DNA from: the human T2T-CHM13v2.0 reference genome, Homo sapiens
Direction: 5' to 3' (one strand)
Length of the DNA stretch: 64,000 bases
Assembly: GCF_009914755.1 (NCBI RefSeq)
Contig: NC_060946.1
Positions within the stretch are counted from its first letter, which is position 1. Every line of letters starts with the position of its first letter. Below the pieces are notes generated by a model. The model did not search any database. It was not told the origin of the DNA and saw nothing but the letters and a program-made list of their open reading frames with translations. Positions 38,825-57,060 of this stretch are shown in pieces. The position numbers and the translations under genes were made by a program.

Positions 38825-40845
38825 CCCTCTATTATTTAATAAGCTCCCCCAGGCATTCCGACATACCACTGGGCTGACAGCCACTGACCACCCTCTGCCA
38901 GACTCATGCTGTGTCATCATTTCTTGGCCTAAACTGGGACGTCCCTGCATGTATATGAAGTGTAACATGGTCATGTCAACTTCCAGAAGCCTTCAGGAGA
39001 TAGATTCAGTGTCATCCCCATTGTGCAGATGAAATAAAACAGAAAATTCATCACATGCTCACAGTCACAGAGCTGGGAAGGTGAGCTAGGATTTCAGTCC
39101 AAGCAGTGTGAGATACCCCCTTTTCTTCCTGCTCTTCCACTATAGCAGTGCTAAAAAGAGCCTGGGTTGGCCAGCCTGGCTTTGGTAGGGTGTCATCAAA
39201 CTGACTGCACCCAGATAAGAATAACATGGCTGAGGGGGGCCATGTAACTGCCCTTCTCTAGAGAAAGGGATTTGATTCTGTAGCTGTTATAAATGATTTT
39301 GGTTTAAGGTGAAGAGATAATGAAATTTTCTTAAACTCTACTAATACAAAATCACGTAAAAGGAGTCAATATCATAGGGTACACAGGGGACCATTTTGAA
39401 ACAACTTAGATCCTTAAGAATAAAGGATGAAAGTTGTAGTGTTTGTGAACTTGCATTGGCTACAATGGCAATGAATATAACGCCTTTGGATGAAATAGTC
39501 TTTGACTAAATAGGCCTGAGTTTTTAAGCAGGTAACCCTGTACAAAAGTAGGAAAATGTTCCACCCTGCCACCTCTCAGGGAGGGCCAGATGTGATGCAA
39601 TGAGTGTGATAGGCAGCAAGGGGAGAAAAAAAATCCCTCCTTATGTTGACTACATGAGCTGCACGACATTTGTAAAGGGAAATTTCAAGAGAAGGGAGAC
39701 CAAGTGGGTTAGGATAAGAGCTATCTGGAATTTCCTTGTGTTACCAGGAAATATAATACTTACATAAGCTATTAATGGAATATTTGGAGGTTCAGCATTC
39801 ACATTGATATATGTGTACGTATCTCCATTACACTTGATTTTAGAACCCCCTGGGACAACATGAGTATTTCTCTGGCCTGGGATTATGGAGAGAGGCTTAG
39901 GTCAAATGTCAGCTCTCCACTTTGTGGCTGAGTATCCATGGGCAAGTTACGTAACCTTTGAGCCTCCAGCTGTAAAATGGGGATCAACACCACCTCCCTT
40001 GCAGAGTTGCTCTGCAGATTCAGTATCATTTGAAAGCACTCGGTGCCTTGCCTGGAACATTAATAGGTACTTTCCTTACTTTCCCTCTTGGAGTCTCAGT
40101 ACCACTCTATGACCAAGCAGGGGGGCCGTGCTTTAAGGCCCCTCTTTTAAACCTTCTGGCCACAGGGTGAGGAGTCCAAGGGGAAGCCCCTGTCCAAACC
40201 ATTCCCAGCATCCCTAAACTCCCCTAAGATGACCTTGTGTTGGTTTCTAGCCCTTACAGACCTCTCTTCTAGGACCATCCTCCTGGAGGCACAGTGCACT
40301 GGCAGCATGCCCCTCTTCCCAAGGATGTAGACACAGCTTGGCCTCAAAGCCTAGGGTGTTCACCTGCCTGTGTACAACCCCCTCAAAGTGCAGGGTGGAC
40401 CAGGGGTCAGCTGTCTCCACACTGACATGCTCTGGCAAGGAGCTCCAAGGAGTTGGAAAGCTCACCTGGAACCTATGTTTCAAGTTCTTATGAAGGTACA
40501 TATGTCAAGATAGAAGAGTAAGATCTATTTTATTTACTAGTTTGTTAGCCCTTGTCCCCTGTCCCACGAATGTTAGAAGCAAGCAAAAATGCTTTCATCC
40601 AAATTACCTTCCTCTTCATAAAAATAAGAAAATCATGTAATCAAAATAATCTTCTGCCTTCTCAATGAGTTTACCACCTGATTCAGCAATTTTCTAACAC
40701 CTTCATTTGCCTCATTGTAAGTAGTCCCAGTGCATGCTGGTTAGATGGCCTCTGGGTCTACATCAGTCCAACTGAATCAGGAGAGGAGCTCCAGAAGGTG
40801 CACTGGACAGTCATGCCAGAGGCCGTGTGCAATTTTAGGTTAGAT

Positions 40846-41040
40846 CAGTGGTTCTCTGCCCTATCTGAATTTTAAAATAACTGCGAAACTTCTAAAAAAT
40901 ATATTGCTGCTGGGGTTTTATCTATATAGATCAAATCATCTCTAGGGGTAGGTCCTGGGCTCGAGTTTTTTTGTTTTTGTTTTTGTGTTTTTTAATCTCC
41001 CCAGTTGCCTCCTCCGTGAGCGAAGGTTGAGAAGCACAGC
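40846..41040. mobile_element. MER5-like fragment
   Basis: cagtggttctc...gttgagaagcac termini. Confidence 0.6.
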
Positions 41041-41579
41041 TGCCCCTGTGAGGAACTCAGCCTTCAGAGAGAGCCTGCCCGCCGCCTCTCATCCTCCAGA
41101 GAGGCTGTAGGGTGTCCAGACTTTGCAGGCACTGTTGTTCCTCGTTAAGCCTGATGCTGCCACCTAATTAACACTTGTTTATATTAATTAGTTGCCATAT
41201 GCATTGAAGGGGAGTGGTCCTTTTTGAAGTTTCTAGTTGCTGACTATATAAGATTTGGCCTGAAGTGGGACTTCTGGAAACTCAACCAAGATAACGACTT
41301 CCAGGTTCTTCCAAAAGCTTATCTTCCAGGCATAGGCAGGTAATGAAACAACCCAACTGCGGTTTTTTCCATAACATCTTTCACCCCACAGTATCGATGG
41401 AGCAGGAGGGTGTGGACAGGCTTTCCTGGGTTTTTGGTGCTCCTTGTCAGGTGTTAAAACAAAGAGGATCATTGTGTTTCTTGGAACTGGCCTAAACGTC
41501 TATGTTTAAGATTAAGATCTAGGGAAATGCATTTCCGTTTGACACCCACTAGTTTCTGATTGTGAAAAGGGTACCAACC

Positions 41580-42400
41580 TGTGCAATGGCGCCGCGACCC
41601 GGCCGCGGACTCCAGCCTCTAAAGTCGGGTACCTTTAATTAGGAGAAATTAAGTGGGGCTGCTACATATTTTGAGAATAAGTAACACTATTTAAACTTAG
41701 GCAGCCTTAACCACTAACTTAACCGCTGAATTCTCGCTGCTACATGTCTCCTAAATAGATCAGCATAATCTTAACTAGGACTTAAAATGCATCATCTTCG
41801 TTCCGGAACTCAGAACCTGCAGCCGACGGGAGCCTTTGGAGGCTTAATGACTTTAATTATGGCGAGAAATATCTTCTCCCGGTGGGGAGGGGCGCGGCCG
41901 GTGGCGAGGAGGGCACTTTCCCGGGTCGGAGAAGGCCGGATGGCAGCCCGCCCCGAAAGTCCCGGCCCGCTGGATTGGGGGTTCGGGGGTGGGGGGAACA
42001 TAGAGAAGCAGGGCTGGTGGAGGGGAGGAGGGACCCTGCAGGGCGGTACACGACGGGTGGGAGTGGGGAGGAGGAGGGCTCCTGGCGCGGGGAGGAGCCG
42101 CGGGAGGGGGGATGTTGGCCGCAGGGCCTCGGAGTTCTGAGCTGTGTTTGTGGCTTCAGCGCTTTGATCTCCTGCCAGGGAAACCTGGAAGGTCAGGCCG
42201 GGCTGCAGCCAAGCCCTGGAGCGAGGAGCCGGCGGGTGGAGCTGGCAGCACTGCGCCACCCACCCTCACCTCCCAACCCCCCAAGCAGTGAAGCCCGCCT
42301 GGCCGCCCTGGCCTCTCGCCCCCGCTCCTGCCGCTGCCCCTGCCCCTGCCCCTCTTTACCTCCTGTGTGTTGGTCTCCTGTAGGCCGTAGATTAAGGGGC
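41580..42400. promoter_or_regulatory. Intragenic CpG island / promoter-like region (probably the start region of antisense lncRNA ZNRF3-AS1)
   Basis: GC- and CpG-dense and not a repeat, with GC boxes and G-runs. The AS1 assignment comes from my recollection of locus annotation, not from the sequence. Confidence 0.7.
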
Positions 42401-44327
42401 TCCAAGTCTTGAAAGTAAGCTAGCCAAATGCCCTGCAAGTTTGGCTTAGTAAAATCATGTATGTTGTATATACTTTAAAAGAAACCAAATATTTTTTTAA
42501 AGCTGTGTGCGTCCCTTTCCTCCACCCTCCTCATCCCCACCCTAGTACAAATTACCCAAGAACCACAGGTGATTCCCCCTGCTGGTTCGTGAGTGTTAGG
42601 GTCTAGTTTGCCTCTCCTCTTCTACCACCACCACCACCCCCGTTCCTGGCACCAGGATTTTCTCACCGGTTACCCGTGTGCTCTTGGTGTGTGACCTCAT
42701 TTCCTATGGAATGAAAAGTTTCTGTCGGAAAACAGGGCCCTTGGTGAGGCAGGCCTTGGGAGCCCCCTTGCCCAGCGAGAATGTCCTGTGTCATGCAGTG
42801 ACTCATGCTTCAGAGAACAGCAGCTGACCAGAATGTTCAAGAGCCTGGTGCCTGGGTGGTCACTACTAAGTGAAGAACTCGAGGAGGAGGAAAGGAAAAA
42901 GTGAGGAGTAAGGATTTAAAATCCACTTAGTGGCCTCCAGAGGGAGGGGGATAACAGGACTCAAAGAGCCTGGGCTCTCTGGCCTGGGGTAGGACCCGCC
43001 AAGAGGGACCTGTGGGCGTCAGGCGTGGCCAGTCCCTAGGACCGGCTGGGTGCTCTCCATCGTGTTAACCGCCCTTTTCCCCTCCCTGACCACAGGAGCA
43101 GGCCTGGTGGCGGCAACAGAAACAGGGCTGGTTCCTGCCGCCCTGCATTTCAGCAGTGACGTGTTCCAGGCTCCGGCTTTAGATGGCTGTGTCTCTCAAG
43201 CCTTCAAGCCTATGCTTAAGTCTCTTGTTACCCCAAATTAGGGCACCATTGAGTTGGGGATTTTGAAGCTGTGGTAGAATTTGCCACCAGTTCACCCAGA
43301 GAGCCAAGGCGCCAGAGCTTCGCACCAGGTGGGGAAAGCAGCCAAACCTGCACTTTCCTGGGGTTGGGCCGCTGTATGGTGTGGCCATATTTCTCCGCAG
43401 GTTGCAGGATGAACTCCATCAGTCTTTTAGGCTGGAGGAAAGGCAAGGCCCCCTAGTGATAATGGGAGGAGGCTGTAAAAATTCACATACAGCCTGTTCT
43501 TGTGGACATGGCCAAGGGTAGTCATCTGGCCAGCTTTCTTTTGGTAAAGGTACTAAGGGAGGCTCCCATTCCTGCAGAATGGATGGAACAAACACTGCAA
43601 GTGGTTGGGCTTGTTTTCAGAGAGCTTTGATATCCAGAGATGAGCACACGCAGGGGCTGGGGCCTGATACAGATCCACAACAAGGCCAAGCCACTTTTAG
43701 TGCCTGGGGTCAAGGTTGGCCGGAGGAGACACGATGTCTGCATTCGAACTGACAACCAGTAAAAAGGCTGTCAGGAAATGCAACAGCAGAAGATGGCACC
43801 AGTAATAAGAAACCGAATCCTGAGAATCTTAAAGTGCGAAGAATATTATGTTCCAAGAAAATTTGGTAGAGAACAGACCTTTCTAAAAAGTCAAAGGGAG
43901 GAGATAGGTGGCCTAGAGTGAGCTGCAATCAGTGCTTTCAGTAGCAGGGCCCATGGTGTTTGATGCTAACCCCTAGGGCAAAAGCTGATCTTTTAGGTTA
44001 ATCAACAAACATTTTTTGGCCATTTACCCTGTGCCAGGCCTTTTGCCGGGTTCTGGGAATTCAGCAGGAAAGAAGTCTGACACACTGGCTGCCCTTTAGT
44101 GAAGGAGGCATTTTAAGTAAACAATGACAGTGTGATGTCATAAGTGCCACAGTGGTGGAGCACAGCATAAGGCCACTGGGCACCGCAGCCTGAGGGAATA
44201 ATACCTGAACAGAGAGAGAAGCAGTAAATGAACCCTGTGGCAGGGGGTGGGTAATGTGCTCCTCATTGTTGGTCTCCTGTTACCCCACATGTGGCCACCA
44301 TTGAGTTTGGGATTTTGAAGAGAACTA

Positions 44328-44655
<328 letters not shown>

Positions 44656-46242
44656 CTAGTTCAACTTAGGAGTTTGAGTGTTGTGTTCAGAAACAATAAG
44701 CAGGAGGAGGTCACATCTTACCCTAAGAGCAGCACAGTCATTGGAGAAGGGTGGTGCAGGTCAGATCCATGATTGAGAACGGTCCCTCTGCTACTGCATG
44801 GAGACCGTGTTGGGGAGGGGGCAGGGGCGTGCAAGGTGGGCTGGGCTCAGGAGCCCCCAGAAGAGAATGTTGTTGGGACTTGTGAGAAATCTGGTGTCCT
44901 GGCCAGGGTGGCAGCAGTGGGGATGAAAAAACGATGGATGGATTTGGAAGTCAGAATCAGCAAAATTTGGTAAGCCATTGGGCATAGGTGAAAAGGCAAA
45001 GGGCTGCAGTTTTGACTTTGCCCCATGGGTGGAGGAATGGGGGAGATGGGGTACCTCCTTGAGGAGGGAGCCCAGGTTTGGGGGAAGTAAGGATTGTATG
45101 AAGAGCAGGCCCATGGCAAGACCCCTTGCACCTACATCCACCCGAGCAAGAAATGACCCAGAAATGTCCGGGACAGTGTGCTGTGCTCTGCGAATAGCTG
45201 CAGAAGTAACTTGGGGACCCAAAATAAAGCAGAATGCTAATGTCAAGTCCTGAGAACCAAGCCCTGGGACTCTGGTGCCATTTCGGATTCTCCATGAGCA
45301 TGGTTTCTGCCCCCTTCGGTCACACTACTTATATGTAAGTCTGTCAGAGAAGAGGCCCAAGTGAACACTCACTTGGATAAGAAGGGGAGAGACCTCAGTG
45401 TCTTCATGCTGCTGCTTGCTAAGCAAGGTCTCTTCACCCAGGACAGCAGCAAGTGTGTTATGACAGACAATTCCAGAAGGTCCTGGATTGTGTCTTCCTT
45501 GGGATGCCTGGCACCCAGTTGGCCCTCTTCAGTAGTTGTCAGATGGAACTGTATACTCGAATGTTTCCATACTGATAACCATCTCATTTAAATTATGGGT
45601 GCCATTTAGTAATTGGTTTCCAGATCAAAATGTAGGTCTTCTGTCATATCCTTCAGCCTTCCACCTGTGAGTTAAAGTGATGGGGAGTGGGTTAAGGGGA
45701 TGATACTCCTCTCACCTTGACATACCATGAGCCATGGAGCAGAGTACTCAAGCGTGCTCCATGGAAGGGAGAGTGTTAACAGGAGTTGCTGCAAACAGGC
45801 TTTGTGTTCAAAAAAGTTTGGGATGCTGGGTAAAATAGGAGCCTCTAGCATGTTAGTGATGTATATGTCAGGGATAGCTCTGGAATGTGCAGCATTTCTC
45901 AAAGGACACCGACCAGGAAAATCATTCCCTTAGTAGATGCACTTTGGGAAAGGCTACTATAGAGATATGAGGCAAGTGAAGCCATGTTCTTAATTTCTTA
46001 CCCATTTGCCCTTGGAACTAAATGTACATGCTCTTCCTTATTGACTCTCCTGGACTCTTCAGAGAGGGATCTGCCAGCACCATGGGCAGGATGTGTGCTT
46101 GGTGAGGACAGGGGTCTGTGACCACGCTTGCTGCCGGCTGCTGTATGAGTCCCCAGGGTCTAGAACACATAGTAACCAGTTAATAACTACCGTGGAACAA
46201 CTAAATTAATACATGGTTAATGCAAATAGAATTTGACTGTGA

Positions 46243-47258
<1,016 letters not shown>

Positions 47259-49610
47259 ACTAATCCAGCATATTTTAAACTACATTTTGGTGGGCGTGTG
47301 TCTGTAACACATGCATTTTATTCTTGCCAATATGTGGGTTAAAAAAACAATGGAGGCTATAAACCACACCATTATGTTAAAATGCTGGGATATAGGGGGT
47401 AACAGATGAGTTATTTTTTGCTTTCAATTTCTGAGTTATTTTAAATTGTTCATATCATGCACATATTACCCTTATAAATAGCAAAAACTCTAAAGATGAT
47501 CGTATTTTCAGGGAAAATGTATTACAGAAGTGGTAAACAACAAGAGAAACCCTAAGATATTAGAGCTCAGAGAGAGGTATCTTATCTGTCCTTTGGCTAA
47601 GGAGAAGCACCATTAGTTTTATGGAAAAGGTTACACAGGAACTGGACCTTGAAGGATTAGTAATGTTAGTATTAATATGATCAACTCATTATATTTGACT
47701 CTAAAGTGTCTTTCTGCATGTGAAGTATCATCATCTAGAGAGTTACTCTCAAACTCACTTCTTTCTCCCTTCCACCCAGCTCATCAACAGACCGCCTAAC
47801 CCAGAAATTAAATCTGTTGACAAATTTGCCTGTATTGTCTGTGCCAGTCTATCTATCTTGTCATTTATGCAGCCAAGTAAGAATTGGGTGGGTATATAAG
47901 AGGAGCATTAAAATTTGATGTGGATTTTATTGAGATTCTTCATAATCTTTATATTCTTTGGCACAGGGCCTACCTATGTCCTCTGGAAACTAGAAATGAA
48001 AACCAATATTTATTCAATGTAGTATTAATTATAATTTTAAAAACTGGAACAACCCAAATATCAGAAATACATGTATAGTGTGTAGGAAAAAAAAATCACA
48101 GCCATTTAAAATATTTACAAAGAATTTTTAATAACTTAGAAGCTTATGATAAAGAAAAAAAGCCAGAAGGCAAAATTGTATTCAGTAGAGGCAAAAAATT
48201 CTGTTTGGGGCTCCCATATGTCTGCAACTTCCTGTAAGAGGTTGAAGACATGTCTTCATATTAGCGCTAACAGTCCAGCTTCCTTGGTTAGCTTATGGTC
48301 AGGAATGTGGGACAAATGAGATTTTTAGTCATCTTTTGGGTTATTTCCTATTAAGACTGTATTCTGTCAAAGTTTTCCTGCAATAAAGGGTAGGCACTAG
48401 GGATACCACATCCAAGAGCTTGACAGAGGAACAGGTAAACAGGTGAAAGTGGAATCCGTGCCCCAGAGACTCCAGGGAATAGAGATGGCGGTAGGTCCAA
48501 GCCCCAAACCAAGTCTGGGTATAACTACACACACTGGGGAGAATGCCAGATCCATTCCTGAGTGGAATTCCTGGTAAGTGGTGGGCTCTAGGCTTCACGT
48601 TTTCCCACCCACAAAGTGGTGATGGGACAATTCTCATCATAATTGGTACATTTGCACTGGAACATTCTAGACTCAATCTTACTAGTAAAAGCACTTCCTT
48701 ATGAAAGAAAACCACATAACATTCACAGTCAGGGAGCACTTTCTTTTTACCAGTAGTAACCCGAGTATGGTACCAGGCAAGCTTGCTTTCACTTATAATA
48801 AACATTTATTGAATAACCATAGGAGTGGTAAGTGCCAACCACAATAGGGCCCTGTCTTCTAGAGGCTGGAATTTTGTACTTTGCAAATGTATTTTAAGGG
48901 CGCAAGTGTTTGCTCTTTTGCTACTTGTCTCAATGGCCACAGACATTATCTAGTCTCGAGTCCAGCAGCCCTGGGAAGGTAAATAAAAGGACCGTGGCAA
49001 TCTTTCATTCAGCACTCTGCACTGGGTTTCTGGTCACCTGCTGGCTGGTGCCAACCTGCCCTGGCCTGAGCAAGGATGGAAGTAGCAAAGGTGATGAAGG
49101 ATGTGAAGATACCCTTGTGGGTGGGGATGAGGGGAAGGGCACATAGAGGGCAGCAAGACAAGGCCTTTGGCTGCTTCTGGGAGGCCTTGCCAAAACTTCC
49201 CACCTGTGTTCTGCAGTCACACCCTTCTGTTAATCTTGCACTCCAGGCTGTGCACAGTTTAGGGATAACGGCCCTCTCCAGCTACAGCCCAGTTTACCAG
49301 TGACTTTCATCCAACCATATCCACCAGGCTGCATCTTTCCCATCCTTTCTTTGAAAGGGCCCCAGCTTCAGAGTTTTGGACGTTAAGTGTGTGACTTAAA
49401 GATCCTAAAGATAGGATTTCTGGTGGCCACAAGACTGTGAACTCCTAATTAGGGTCTAGGTTTGTTTTGAAATAATATTCTGGTCTACACTTGAGTAATT
49501 AAAATGGTGAATGATCTGTGAGAGTGATTGGTTCAAGGAATATGCCTCATCAATTTTTAAACTGAAAATAAGGGCAGGGGGCAAAGAATGACCAAGTAAT
49601 GTTCTGTTGC

Positions 49611-52642
<3,032 letters not shown>

Positions 52643-53394
52643 AGCCATGCTATATCTTAAGTCTTGTTTTTCCACAGCTTCTGCCTTGCTGTCCCCTTAG
52701 CTGGACATGGAATTAGAAGGTTCTTTGGGATGGAAAGGAATCCTTCCCCCACCTCCCCCAAAAAGAATCCCGTCACTTCTCATTTGTTCCTAAAACATTC
52801 TAATCTCATCCCTCTGATCAGTAGTTCCCCAAGTAGTTGAATCATCTGAATCCCCCAGAAAGCATACACAACTCAGTTTCCTGGGCCTGACTCCAGCCCT
52901 GCTCAATCAGTCTCTGTGGTTTGAGCCAGGAAACCTGCTTTACAAACTTCCCAAGTGGCTTTTGATGTGTAGCCAGGTCTGGCAGCCAACTGCTTCAAAA
53001 CCCCATTTACAATTATTTTTCACAGCTCCCACCACCGACAGTGTCTCCAGAGGTCTTCAGCTTGTGTCACTTATTAAAATTAACCATTTTGAGACTCATT
53101 CAGAAATACTCAATATATTCTTCTAACTGGGTGACATGGGAAGGAAAAAGGAACCGCATGAGATGGACCAAAGGCACTTGCTTTGGTTGCCAATGGCTCT
53201 GAAACAGGAAATACTGAAACCAATACCTCTGTACTGACTGGGCAGGTTGTTGATGTGTAGGTTGTTTTCAGTATTTGGGCTGGATAGGAAGACAAAAGTT
53301 TGTTAAGTTATCAATTATGTATTTTCCCCTATTATAAGTCATCTGACCTCATGATTACCATACAAGGTAGGTGAAATTGTCCTCTTTAAAAAAA

Positions 53395-53590
53395 AGTTTT
53401 CTAATTGACAGATAATAATTGTACATATTCGTGGGGTACATAGCAATATTTCAATACATACAAGGTATAGTGATCAGATCAGGGTAATTCGCATATCCAT
53501 TATCTCAAACATTTATCACTTCTTTGTGTTGGGAATGTCCTTCTCCTAGCTATTTGAAACTATATGTTATTGTTAACTCTAGTCATCAGT
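53395..53590 (-). mobile_element. L1MA-like 3' end
   Basis: aattgtacatatt..tggggtaca...gatcagatcagggtaatt.gcatatccat. Confidence 0.8.
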
Positions 53591-53756
53591 CCCCTTCTTT
53601 ATAGATGGGTAAATTGAGGATTAGGAAAGTGAAGTAACATCCCTGAAGTCACCTAAGTTGGTAACTGTCAGATTCTGCATTTGATTACAGGCCTGATTGC
53701 CAAGGCCAACTTTGAAAAGGTAAGAGGACCAGAGGGCCAACCTGCTGTTTTTTTAA

Positions 53757-54340
<584 letters not shown>

Positions 54341-54570
54341 GGTTCAGGGGGCATTTTCTAAGACCTTTCTGGGCCTTCTGCTTGCCCAGTCCATCCCAAA
54401 ACAAGCGTCATTCTCAGCCTTGCTCTTCTGGGAGCTCCAAGGCTGTAATGTTGGAAGAGCTGGAGGATTCCAGACAGGTATTCAATGTTCCTTCCCTCCA
54501 GCCTTTCTTTCTCTCTACTGCTTCTTAAAGTAAGCGCACCTTTTAACCAGAGCCCTCTCTTCTTCCTTAG

Positions 54571-54702
54571 CTGAACCAGGGCTCTGAAGACCCGCTCAAG
54601 AGGCCGGTGGTGTATGTGAAGGGTGCAGATGCCATTAAGCTGATGAACATCGTCAACAAGCAGAAAGTGGCTCGAGCAAGGATCCAGCACCGCCCTCCTC
54701 GA
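54571..54702 (+). CDS. ZNRF3: ZNRF3 exon 4 (132 nt, phase 0-0): [44 protein letters not shown]
   Basis: Polypyrimidine tract ctctcttcttccttAG, donor CGA|GTgagc. Overlaps ORF 54607..54831. Confidence 0.97.
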
Positions 54703-56051
54703 GTGAGCCTCCGCACCATTTGGCACAGGCTCGGGGCCTTCTCTGCTACTACCTGTCCCTTTATTTCCCTTGGGCTTTCATTCCTATCTCTGTCTGAAAT
54801 GCTGGCATACCCCAGGTTCCTGCAGGCTTAGATCAGCTATTGGACTCAAGGCCAGGGTGAAATTTTACTCATGTTCCTTTATAGTGAATTTGAGAAATCC
54901 TACCAGAAATAGATACTTTTGTGCTAAGATGTCTCTGGCCTCTTCCACCTGGCATTCCCTCTTGGCCATCTCTCATCCTTTCTTTTCCATCCCATCTCCC
55001 TCTGAAAGGCAAACTGAGGAGGATTGAAGGGATGGGGCATCCAGCACCTGGCTTCCCGTGGCTTCCTTCTTCTATCTGGCTTAGACACTAGAAAAAAAGG
55101 CTTGTATTTCCTTCTTCCTGTAGAGTAGATTACCTTATTGAAACTCCCCAAGTTAATTTGAGTCTGGAAAAGTTAGCTTTCAACTGGGATTGAGTTCGAC
55201 GGCTAAATGAATAGCATCTGCAACTCTTAAGTATGTAGAAGAGACACTACTGGCCACTAACTCTTAACCAGCCTCTTCTGCTCAAACCTCAAGCTGAAGA
55301 ATTCCAGGAACCTTGGGCTGGTGCCCTATATTGGTGTTATTTCCTCCTCACAAATATTGGGACATTCACAGTGTAGGATGATTCTTTCCCATACACAACA
55401 TAGCCGGTTACATGCAGCTTCCACTTTGCAAAGCTCTATTCCCATTGGCCAAATGGAGGTCCCAGATAAGGTGGCTGTGAGGTTTTAGGAGGCAGTGAGG
55501 AAAAGGTAAGAACTAAAACTAGAGGGAGTTTGCTGAACTGACTTGTTGGCTTCTTTTTAAAGGGAAAAAAAAAAGCGCTTTGGTAAATATGACTCATTGT
55601 AGTGGAAGCTGATATTTGTGGAAGCAGCATACAATTTTCTGAGTTGTTGTAAACCATTAATTATACGGTTAGTAATCACTGTTCCCTCAAAACATGACAC
55701 TCACTCTTTTGTCCTATAAATGTGATTATTTGTGTTGATTTGGAAGGGCCTTTCTTACCAGTTACAGCCAACTTTGCAGTATTCCACAGGCTTTACCAAC
55801 AGAGTTCCCTTGGCTCTTGGGGGGCCTGGCTGAGATCGCCACAGGCGTCCCCCTGGGCCACACCAAAGGCACTACATGGGCCTAGGGAGCACACCATGTG
55901 CATGTGAGCAGAACCCCAGGAGTTTCCTGCAAATTGAGGGGAAACTCATCCCGGTCACCCCATCTTTATCCTGACCAAGCCAAGATAGCCCATGTGCCGC
56001 TTACCAGGCTGGAGAGAGGCTGTGACTCACTGTGTCTGTGTTCCGTTCCAG

Positions 56052-56162
56052 CAACCCACTGAATACTTTGACATGGGGATTTTCCTGGCTTTCTTCGTCG
56101 TGGTCTCCTTGGTCTGCCTCATCCTCCTTGTCAAAATCAAGCTGAAGCAGCGACGCAGTCAG
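56052..56162 (+). CDS. ZNRF3: ZNRF3 exon 5 (111 nt, phase 0-0): transmembrane helix, [37 protein letters not shown]
   Basis: ttccAG|CAA...CAG|GTagtg. A hydrophobic run is followed by basic stop-transfer residues. Confidence 0.97.
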
Positions 56163-56350
56163 GTAGTGCCTCTGTGTGTAGCCCGTGAGCAGTAACCCCT
56201 CTTGCCGTGACACTGGGGAAAACCAGGACTCTCGTCACCTTATTTTTTGATGGTGCAACATGGAGCCTCACAGCTGTGGACTCTGAGCTCTGCAGCCTGT
56301 TCCCAGTGGCCTAGAAACTGCAAAGATGGAAAAAAAATAAGAGCAAACTA

Positions 56351-57060
<710 letters not shown>

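Noticed and set aside
41787-42438. ORFs of 117-176 aa on both strands of the CpG island
   Set aside because: Stop codons are scarce in GC-rich DNA; the products are low-complexity G/R/P with no coding signature.
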